A DNA stretch of 64,000 nt from Octopus vulgaris. Taxonomy: Eukaryota. Numbering within the stretch: position 1 is the stretch's first letter; each line of letters begins with the position of its first letter. The position numbers and the translations under genes are program-made. Where the stretch lies: assembly GCA_951406725.2 (NCBI GenBank), contig OX597816.1, positions 67,332,001 through 67,396,000 on the forward strand. The letters are read 5' to 3'. Below are positions 37,500 through 48,900 of the stretch, piece after piece. A model generated the notes under the pieces. That model worked only from the letters and a program-made list of their open reading frames with translations. It was not told the DNA's origin and did no database searches.

Positions 37500-38719
37500 T
37501 CATCATCATCATCATCATCGTTTAACGTCCGTTCTCCATGCTAGCATGGGTTGGACGGTTCGACCGGGGATCTGGGAAGCCAGAAGGCTGCACCAGACTC
37601 CGGTCTTATCTGGCAATGTTTCTACAGCTATATATATATATAAATTAGAAAAAATAAAACATCTTTTATCAATTCAAAATGAACAATTAAATTACACCAT
37701 CTAGAATATGTAATTTTCTAGATGGTGTAATTTAATTGTTCATTTTGAATTGATAAAAGGTGTTTTTTTTCTAATTTATAATAAGAGATATTATATTTTG
37801 TGAAATTTGATTTAGTATTTCTAAATTGAATTTTCCCCTGTAAGTTAGGAATAATATTCCCTCAAATAATTATAATATATATATATATATATTCATGATG
37901 AACTGCTTTCAGTTTCTGTCTACCAAATCCACTTACAAGGCTTTGCCAGTCAAGGGTTATTGTGGAAGATACTTGTCCAAGGTGCCATGCAGTTAAATTG
38001 AACTCAAGACGATATGATTGGGAAGCAAATATTCTTAATCATATGACTATGCCTAGTCATTTATTGATATGGAAAAATAGATCCAAAGACAATACTGATT
38101 GCACTTGTGACTTAAGTTCATTTGATACAGTGATTGTTGTTTAATCTCAGGTGAGACCTATAATCAAAGCTCTAAGTAATCCAAGTTCATCAACTGTACG
38201 TGTCATTCTTAATAAGGTTGATAAAATACTGCACAAAATTCCACCTATAATATAAAATTATTATGAGAGAAAAAGGAAGTCTTTATATGGTCACTTGACT
38301 TGCTGGAGATAACAGCTAAAATCTTCAGCTCATAGTTTGATGCATTAAAAAAGGAACAGCAACATTGAATAATGTAAATTGGATGGCTATGGCTGGGATA
38401 TCTTCTATCATTAGTCTACAAATTAGGATTGACTTGGGGCTAAACAGCCTCAGTTAACATTTAATTGATATGCATTATTGCTGCAGGTATGGCTGTGTGG
38501 TTAAGAAACAGTCTTTGCAACCATGTGGTTTGGGGTCAGTCCAGTTGTGTGGTTTTGAATCTGCTCCCTTATGTGAGTGTCTGCTACTGTAGCCTCAGGT
38601 TAATCTATATGCTTTGTGACTGAATTTGGTTGATGGAAACTGTGGAGAAGACTGTTGTGTATACACATATGTCAGTGTGTATGTTTGTATTATATGATCT
38701 CCTTGCCTTAACTCAGATA

Positions 38720-39363
38720 GCTCTCCGGCTATCTATCTGAGGCTTTATATAGCTTTGGTGTGGCCTCACCTGGAATTTGCATCACTAGCCTGGAAACCCT
38801 ATCTTGCCCAGGATATTAATCGTCTGGAAACTGTTCAGCAAATTGCAACCAAGAGAATACCCTCCATCAGGCATTTGCCATATTCTGAATACCTTACTTC
38901 GCCAGGCATGCATAGATGGAAACTCCCACATCTGGCAACTGACTTGGCAGACACCCATAAAATTATTAACCATCTTACTAACAATAACTCTGAGCACCTT
39001 TTCAAACTCCACCTGTCTAACACCTGTGGACATGTTTAAAAAGTCAGAAAACAGCACAGCTCCCATGACTTTCGGAAACATTTTTTCACACTAAGAGTTG
39101 CTGAAGCATGGAACAAACTGCTGGCATCAGTTGTTAGTTGTTGGAGCACTGCATCCTTCAAAACTTCCATGCTTCCTGAGATTCGCCAACACTACACCTG
39201 ATTTTCTCCCCTCCATACACACGCAAGCATGTATCTGACTCATACACTGTTCACTTTCCAGACATTTGTACATTACTGCTTAGGCTTTCTATGCACTTTT
39301 GGCAAGTTGTGGTGCACCTGAGCACTGTATAATATAATTTCATTATTATTATTATTATTATTA
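38720..39363 (+). mobile_element. CR1-clade LINE 3' end with (ATT)n tail
   Basis: LVWPHLEFASLAWKPY...LETVQQIATKRI...RKHFFTLRVAEAWNKL. Confidence 0.88.
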
Positions 39364-40162
39364 TATATTTCTTAATGTGCGTCATAGTCATGCATGAGGT
39401 CTCCTTCATTTCCAATATTCTGTGATAATATGTCTAGCTGTGGGGGAAATATTACCTTGCTAAAGAACATGTGAGAGGTGGCAACAAAAAGGGCATCTGG
39501 TCATAGAAAATCTTACTCAGCAAATTCCAACACATGCAAGCATGGAAAAGTGGATACTGATAATGATAGTGATGAATATGTGTGTTTGTGTGTGTGTTTG
39601 TGTTTATGTTGGTCAACCCCACTGCTTGACAACTGGCATTGATTTGTCTATGTCCCCATAACTTTCAGGTTTAGCAAAAGAGACTGATAGAGTAAATACA
39701 AGACTGGAATCAATTTGTTCAACTAAACCCTTCAAGATGGTGCCTCAGTATGGCTGATTTCAAATGACTGAAATGAGTAAAAAAAATCACGAAAGCAAAT
39801 GAAACCTCAGATATGAATGAAAAAAGACTAAATTTAATAAAATATGATCAGCTTTGGGGCAATAAAATAAAGTACTAGTGATGAACTGAGGTTTATTTAC
39901 ATTCTTAGATGTGAATGGTATATTTCTAACATAGGTACAAGCTCCCAGATTTGGTGCAAGGGAAGAGATAAACCAACCTCCACACTTGACTGGTGCTTTA
40001 TTTTATTGACTCTTGAAGGATGAAAACTAAAGTGGGATTTGAACCTGAGGACACCTTTGCCTTTCCTTTTTACTGGTCTTGATAATAACAAAGTACCAGT
40101 TAATTACTTGACTGATACTTTATTTTATTGATCCCAGAAGGATGAAAGCAAAGTTTATAAAA

Positions 40163-40660
40163 AATAATAACGAAATTATTGTATACAGTGCTCAGGTGCA
40201 CCACAACTTGTCAGAAAGTGCATATAAAGCCTAAGCAGTAATGTACAAATGTCTGGAAAGCGAACAGTGTATGAGTCAGATACATGCTTGTGTGTGTATG
40301 GAGGGGAGAAAATCAGGTGTAGTGTTGGCGAATCTCAGAAAGCATGAAAGTTTTGAAGGATGCAGTGCTCCGACAACTAACAACTGATGCCGGCAGTTTG
40401 TTCCATGCTTCAGCAACTCTCAGCGTGAAAAAATGTTTCCTAAAGCCATGGGAGCTGTGCTGTTTTCTGACTTTGTAAATATGTCCACGGGTGTTAGACG
40501 GGTGGAGTTTGAAAAGGTGCTCAGAGTTATTGTTTGTAAGATGGTTAATAATTTTATGGGTGTCTGCCAAGTCAGCTGCCAGACGTGGGAGTTTCAATGT
40601 GTCCATGCCCAGGGAAGTAAGGCGTTCAGAATATGGCAAATGCCTGATGGAGGGTATTCT
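40163..40660 (-). mobile_element. CR1-clade LINE 3' end, inverted relative to 38720-39363
   Basis: RIPSIRHLPYSERL...TRGH...RKHFFTLRVAEAWNKLPASVV; a third degraded copy at ~40970-41250(+). Confidence 0.88.
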
Positions 40661-41310
40661 TTTTTTTTTTTTTTTTTTAGCAGGATTTGAATTCAGAATG
40701 GAAGCAATACTGTAAAGCATTATTCCAGATGCTGTAACGATTTAGTCAGAAATTTGGTGGGAAGAGCTAGTCAGTCATATCGACCAGTGCTTGGCTCGTA
40801 CTTATTTTATTGACCTCGAAAGGATGAAAAAAAGATAACTTTGGTGGAATTTGAACTCAGAATGTGTAGCTGGAAGAATTGCTGCAGCGCATTTTGTTGG
40901 CATGCTAAAAATCCTGCCATCTGAGCTTTTATTTACTTTTTTTTTGTCAGAAATAATGATTGTTTCTATGACTTTCAGAGATATATTTTCACACTCAGAA
41001 TCTTTGAAACATGGAATAAACTACCTGCATTAGTAGTTGGCTGTCAAGACATTGCATCCTTCAAAATCTTCATGCTTCCTATAATTCTCTAACAGTATAC
41101 CTGATGCCCTCCCTCCTTTTTTCTTTAACGATTCATTCACTGTTCACTTCCTGTGCATTATGCTATGTACTGTTAATGTACTTTTGGCTTCTTTTTCTGA
41201 TTAATTGTAGTTCACCCGAGTACTGTGTACAATAATTTCATTGTATATTATAATTGCAATCTCAAGGAACACAAAAGAAAAAAAACTTGGTAAAGGGAGA
41301 TAACCACTGA

Positions 41311-41336
41311 TTCCCAGATTACCCACAATGCAACTG
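41311..41336 (+). promoter_or_regulatory. ZNF143/Staf-type motif in the MED11 promoter
   Basis: TTCCCAGATTACCCACAATGCAACTG about 100 nt upstream of the ATG, at the start of a locally CpG-enriched stretch; resembles the SBS core YNCCCANAATGC. Confidence 0.55.
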
Positions 41337-41430
41337 AACGCCATGCTTCTTTCGTTGTGGTAATTTCTGTGTCGCGGTGAAAAATTTAATTAAAAGACTA
41401 AAGTAACTAATTAAAAATATCTGCCCCACG

Positions 41431-41509
41431 ATGGGATCTGGTCCAGTAGAAAGACTTCGTCAACTTGAAATGATTGAGCGTGATATAGCTACAGCAATTC
41501 ATAGCTCAG
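41431..41509 (+). CDS. MED11: MED11 exon 1
   Basis: ATG at 41431; ERLRQLEMIERDI; donor G|gtttgt. Confidence 0.93.
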
Positions 41510-44500
41510 GTTTGTAATTCCTTATAATGGTCACATTTTGCCTTGTTCGTCGTTTATTGTTTGGAACCAAATTCTTCCAGCCTTGGCGGAGTTCTTGAAT
41601 ATTTCTGTCGAGGAAGAATGCATTGTCTTGTGTAATTTCGCTTTTTAAAGACAGTAAGGTATCGTTTAATGGAGATTTGGTTACTGTTTAGGTGGCCAAG
41701 ACATCTCCTAAGGCTTAAGGCTTGTTTCGTTGTTTTGTCATGTGTTTGTCAAATTCATGTTTGTTTATTTAGCTTTAATATCAAGACTTTCGCGGGCGAA
41801 ATGCTTAGCAGTATTTCGTCTGTTCTTAGTTCAAATTCCTCCGAGGTTGACTTTGCCTTTCATCCTTTCGGGGTCGAAAAATTAAGTACCAGTTGCGTAC
41901 CTCCCCCACCAAATTTCGGCCCTTGTGCCCAGAGTAGAAAAGACTATTAAAACTTTCGCAAAAATCATTGTTAGAAACTGGTTTATTTATTAATTTATTT
42001 ATATTTTGGAATTAATATTTTTCAAATATAATTCTAAAATTTTTCACTCAAGCGTAATAGCTTTAAAAACTTATGAGAAAATTTGGGAAAAAATTTGCGC
42101 AAACTAATTACCTGTTTCTATTGTATTCCATTTCGCCCATTAGCAATTCCGTGGGTATTTTCAAAATTTGGTTTTCAGTAATATTTTTACCATTTCTACT
42201 TCTGTGACGTACAGTAACAAAAACTTTACATGTCAAAGGTGTTAAAAGTAATTAAATGGTAAATAATGAAACCGCCGTTGACCATTAAGTTATTTACATA
42301 GAATTTCAATTTTGAAGATATTAGAGGAATCAGTTTTATTTTGGTTACATTTTGCTAAGCATTTTAGAGGAAAGAGAAACGAGCAATTGTGATGTTTTTC
42401 TCTGAAAGTAATTAACGGCTTCGAATGGAAACTGCTGGAGAACTTAAATCAGCCTGCAACTAAATGAACTGAGGATAATGGAAATAAGTTGTGTAGTCAC
42501 AAGTTATTTTTAATTAAGCAAGCAGGTAGTCGGTCAAACAACAAAGTGCGCCCGGCAAATCTATGTTTTTGTGGTTATGTCATAACTGCACTTAACTGAA
42601 AATCATACTGCACATTCTGATATGCAATAAAATTTCGTAGGAGAGGCTGTGTGGTAAGTAGCGTGCTTACCAACCACATAGTTCTGAGTTCAGTCCCACT
42701 ACATGGCACCTTGGGCAAGTGTCTTCTACAATAGCCTCAGGCCGACCAAAGCTTTGTGAGTGGATTTGGTAGACGGAAACTGAAAGAAGCCTGTTGTATA
42801 CATATATATATATATGTGTGTGTGTATCTGTATTTGTCCCCCCAACATCACTTGACAACTGATACTGGTGTATTTATGTCTCCGTAACTTAGCGGTTCAG
42901 TAAAAGAGACCAATAGAACAAGTACTGGGGTCAATTTGCTTGACTAAGGCGGTGCCCCAGCATGGCTGCAGTCAAATGACTGAAACAAGTAAAAGAATAA
43001 ACGAATTGGTTGCCGTGTAATGATAGTCTGAACATATTGCACTCTCCCCACAGTTCAGTCTTTGTATGACTTAGTTTAATCTTACCTTAACCCTATTTGA
43101 ATTAAACTTATGATTGAAATCATTCCAACTTCGACTGTCTTGTTTTTTCCTTATGTGCAGTATGCATAGGATAACGTTGTAGCTTTTCTGAGACAATGAA
43201 GTGTGGGATCTGGTCATTATATCTAGCAAAAGAAGCCCTGAATAATATTTATAAACTCTGGTGATAGTCTCAGTGGAAGCCAGCAAGGTGGACAAGGTCA
43301 AGGAACCATAGTTGCACCTTATCTATTTGTTGAAATAAATGTCTGTCTAAAATCAAAACAAGATACCTGCAGTGATATGAACTCAAGACCTAATTGGTAC
43401 TCTGAAACCTTATTCACTTGATTATTTTACCCCAACAACTAAAACTACAAAATAACCTACTAATCTTGTTGAACCTTAATCCATGAAGTGGGGAGAATAC
43501 AACAGTTTGCAATTAGCTGTTTATAATCTCTATATATAAACGGCAAAATGTCTGTGTGTGTGTCCTTTATACAAATCCACAATTTTTCAGTTAGAGGGCT
43601 TGCACTTTCTATGGTCATTCAAAACCATTCAAGGGTGGTCGTGCACATCTTTACATTTCCCCAGTCAACCTGCAAAGCCATTAAAAAATCAACAGAAGTG
43701 ACTTTTTTGTGAATTTTCTATCCAAAACCCAATCAAAATGCCCGAAACTTGATACGCCAATTGAATGCCAGCTAGCTGTATGTGATTGGTTGGAGATTTG
43801 GACAGTATTCGCGTGTATGCGCAAGCACGCAGCTGTGTATGCATGCATTAGCACTATGACTCGGCGTTACCGGGTCATAGTGCTTGTGAATGGACTTGAT
43901 AGACAGAAATTGAAAGAAGCCCATCATGTGCGTATGTGTGAGAGAGAGGGAGTATGTTTGTGTCTTGTTCTGATTGTTGTAAATGAATGTCATTCATTTC
44001 CAATATTCTGCAAAACAAGGAGAAATATTAATTGTTTGGAAACAGTTAGCGACAGGGAGGGAATCCAGCCACAGAATATCTACTTCAATAATCTCCATCC
44101 AACCCAGGCAACCATAGTAAAGTGGTTTGAATGAATATGAAGATAAATTAAGCATAAGATTCTGGGAACTAAAAATCTTCAGAAAATATTTTTCATATAC
44201 GTATATATAAATACAAGCACTATGACCCGGTAACGCCGAGTTATAGTGCTTGTATTTATATATACGTATATGAAAAATATTTTCTGAAGATTTTTAGTTC
44301 CCAGAATCTTATGCTTAATTTATCTCCATATTCATTCAAACCACTTTACTATGGTTGCCTGGGTTGGATGGAGATTATTGAAGTAGATATTCTGTGGCTG
44401 GATTCCCTCCCTGTCGCTAACTGTTTCCAAACAATTAATATTTCTCCTTGTTTTGCAGAATATTGGAAATGAATGACATTCATTTACAACAATCAGAACA

Positions 44501-45930
44501 AGACACAAACATACTCCCTCTCTCTCACACATACGCACATGATGGGCTTCTTTCAATTTCTGTCTATCAAGTCCATTCACAAGTCTTTGGTTGGTTTGGG
44601 GCTATAGTAGAAGACACTTGCCCAATGCGCTATGCAGTGGGATTGAATCTAAAACTATGTTGGGAAGCAAACTTCTTAGCCATGCCTATGGCTGCTTTTT
44701 ATTCAGCCAATTTCTGGGGAAGGTGGGGATGCTTGTAACCTTTGTAAGCTCTTTGAGACTAATGACATGAATGTAGCATGCTGACAATTAACAGGGAGGA
44801 ACATCTGGAGTGATTGCTTTGTTAGCGAGATAGTTATTGTTCTTTAGCACCTTATCAGATCTAACTGAGCAGACTAACAATCAGAGGTATTCCAACTATG
44901 GCCATCCTGAGAGTTGCTACAGACAGCCAGTTTTAAACACTTCTGTATGGTCTGTAATATAAAAAAAAATAGGAGAGGACTGAGACCTGATGGACACTTA
45001 ACCTGCAGGCTAAATTTATCATTGTATCACTGACTGTATCGCTATGTATGACTGGTGTAATTGTCACAAGCCATTTATCTATTCCTGATTTATTTACGGA
45101 GCACCAAATTACAAAACAGAATCCAGCCAAAGGCTTTCTCTGGCCCTACAAATACTCAGTATAGGAGCTTACTCTTAGATATGTGCTTCTGTAGTTATCT
45201 CTTGGAATATAGCATGGTAGTATTTCTTCCTAGTACAATGCCAAACTGCATTTCATCACTAATACTCTTCCTGATCAATTGCAAAATAATTCTTTCTATA
45301 ACTTTCACGACCTGGTCCAACAATTTGGTCTGCTTTGCAGATTTGTTGACCACACACCCATGCTTGCATGTGCATGCATGCACACACACACACACACACA
45401 CACGGGTGTGTGCTCTCAGATGCTATTTCTATATATGTCTAGCTAATAATTTGTGGATATTTTTTGGCGCTTGTGTATGTGTGATGATATTTTCATTTGA
45501 TGCTGTGTAATAATCCATACTTCTCTACTGTTTTTACTTGCATTTAATTAGTTTTAGCTTACTGTAGCCTTTATTATGTCATGTTTTAATTCTTTTTCTA
45601 ATCCTTCTCTTCCCTTTCTTCTTCTTATCTTTGGCCTTATTCTACCTCATACACCCATACTCATGATTTCCATTGCTTTATTTACTGCCAATTCCACTTT
45701 GTTTTTACGCATAATAATACCATTTCGGACGATTGGTCCTTCAGCCCTCTTTGTCTATCTTTCTCATAACCTTTTCTCTTATTATACTTCTATTTTATTT
45801 ACCCCAACTTTCAGTATTTATCCTTCCGTATTTAAAATATGCTATTATTTTAGAAACTTATTTAAAACCAGTCTAAATGAGTCACCTCTTTATACTTTTT
45901 CCAGATAATTCTTTTAAACTAATTAGTAGG

Positions 45931-45972
<42 letters not shown>

Positions 45973-48900
45973 TCAATATTTTTCAGTCGTTTGATAAATT
46001 AAACTGCTGTAACCAAAATATCTGGCTGATTGTCACATATGTATTTCTTTATTGCCCACAAGGGGCTAAACATAGAGAGGACAAACAAGGACAGACAAAG
46101 AGATTAAGTTGATTACATTGACCCAGTGCGAAACTGGTACTTTATTTATTTGACCCCGAAAGGATGAAAGGCAAAGTCGACCTCGGCGGAATATGAACTC
46201 AGAACGTAATGACAGGTGAAATACCACTAAGCATTTCTCTCGGCGCACTAACATGTCTGCTAGCTCGCCGCCTTATATGATTGTCACACATCTATCTATA
46301 TATATATAATGGACTCTCCTGTCAAAGACAATGTATGAGCGTTAAGCTTTTGCTGAATGACATACACAAGTGATTTGTTTATGGTGATCAAATGTTTGTG
46401 CCACACCTTAGCTCACTCTCTCTATCAAATTGATGTTGTCTGAACAGGTGCCATGTGTCAGGTGTCAAAGTGATTGCAGAGCAATGTGGGATGAAGTGTT
46501 TTGTTCAAGGACACAACACCTCACTTGGTCTGGAAACTGAAATCATGATTGCTAGATTGTGTGTGCAGTGTCCTAACCACTAAGCCATGCACCCTCACAT
46601 TTGTATCATTGTAGCTGTGATACCTGTGCTGGTGGCACATAAAAAGCACCATCCGAACATGGCCGATGCCAGCACCGCCTTGACTGGCTTCTGTGCCGGT
46701 GGTACGTAAAAAGCACCAACCGATCGCGGCCGTTGCCAACCTCCCCTGGCATGTAAAAAGCACCCACTACACTCACGGAGTGGTTGGCGTTAGGAAGGGC
46801 ATCCAGCTGTAGAAACACTGCCAGATCAGACTGGAGCTTGGTGCAGCCTCCTGGCTTCCCAGACCCCGGTTGAATCGTCCAACCCGTGCTAGCACGGAAA
46901 ACAGATGTTAAACGATGATGATGATGTCGTTAAGAAGCTTGCCTCTAAATCACATGGTCCTGGGTTCAATCCCACTAACATGGATCTTTGAGCATTTGTC
47001 TTCTACAATAGCCCCTGGCCAACTGATGGAAACATAAGCATGTTTGTATGAGTTTGTGTCTCTTTGTCTTGCATCATGTGATAGTTGTTAATGGGTGTCA
47101 CTATCATACAAGCTGTGTTTTTCATTTCTAGTCTTCTGTTTGGAATTAGATGAGGGTTGGCTACAGAAAGTGCATCTGGCTGTAGAAAGTTTACTTCAAC
47201 AAATACCATTGAGCCCATGCAAGCATGGACAAGAAGACTTTAACTCTATAATGATGATCATTATCATCATTATTTTACATTCGTTTTTTTTTCATGTGTA
47301 TGGGTTGTATGACAGTGTCTTGTTACTTGTAATTTCCTTCGATACATACAAAAAAAACAAACCCTTCAATCTTTGCTGTGTATGGTATATGTAACATTAT
47401 ACAGAAATAACTACCTTAATTTTACTTTTTACTTTCTTTATCATTAATTACTCTTGAAATTCTCTCTAATTTAAGGTCAAGCTCTGCAAGAACTATCCAA
47501 AGATAAACCAAGTATGAAGCAAGTAGAAAGTCACACTACCAGCTTCATTAAAACACTTGAAAGTGTTGAGATTGGACTTACAAAGCAAATCAACTATCTC
47601 ACTCAGGTGTCTACTGGTAAGTGAGATTTTACATTGACACAGGCATATTTTTATTACTAATTTCGGTGACATTCTCCTCATCATCATCATGATCATAAAT
47701 AGCAACTAAAATCCTAATCTTAACTCTGCTAGTCTAAATACTTTTAGCCTTTTCTCTTGATTATACATGCATACGTTTTATACCTCACAAATAGCTTAAA
47801 CAGACACGCATAAAAACATACAACCATTTTCTTTTAATGCTGTATTCAAACAGTTCACTGCTTATAGTTTATTCATCATCATCACTTAAGGTCTGTTGTC
47901 CATGCTGGCATAGGTTGGACGGTTTGACCAGGGCTGGTAAGCTGAGGGGCTGCACTGAATTCCAGTCTGATTTGGCATGGTTTCTACAGCTGGATGCCCT
48001 TCTTATTAGAACTTTCATATAAGAAGAGTGATAGGATGACTAGGATTAGTGTGGTCGAAACTTGTAAATAAGAAAAACTATTTTACATATTCATAAATTT
48101 TTGCCTCTTGCCTTTATTTTTTTGTTCTTTCTGATTTCAAGGCATTTTGTGTATATCAACATCAGTTTTGTATTCAATTTCCTCTCTTAGCGTTCAGGTT
48201 TTTGTGCCAACCAGTGAAGTTGTCTCCCTTGCATAAATTGGTTGCACAATTTGATGAATCAGTTACTGAACTCCTCTCCTACATGCTTAGTGAATGAGTG
48301 CTGTAAGGTGATAGTGTAGTGGCTTCCTGAAGTGGAATAAGCGTACAATGGAAGACCTGGAAAGAGGTGCTGAGCACAGTTTTAGGAATACTGAGTTTCA
48401 AAGACATGATCTAAACAATTAAAGAAGCTCTGAGTTGCAGAGCCATCCAGCAAGTGACAACACCATAGAAAAATTAAAACCATGAAGATGATGAAGGTAA
48501 AATAACATTGCATATCCAACACATCTTGATGAATTTATCCATAGAAAGTTTTGGATCATTAAGAATGTTTGCGTGTGTGTACAAGTTGCATGCCTCTTAG
48601 TGTTGAGTATGATTCTTTATAACATAGCTGCCCATACGTTTCATCATCATCGTTTAACGTCCGCTTTCCATGCTAGCATGGGTTGGACGATTTGACTGAG
48701 GACTGGCGAACCTGATGGCTGCGCCAAGCTCTGATCTGATCTGGCAGAGTTTCTACAGCTGGATGCTCTTCTTAACGCCAACCACTCCGAGAGTGTAGTG
48801 GGTGCTTTTGCGTGCCACTGGTATGAGGGCCAGTCTATCGGTACTGGCAACGACCTCGTTCTATGACAATACCAGACTGAACCATTTGAAACATATTTTA

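Noticed and set aside
43709-44580. Two identical small proteins on opposite strands
   Set aside because: Consequence of the inverted duplication of non-coding repeat sequence.
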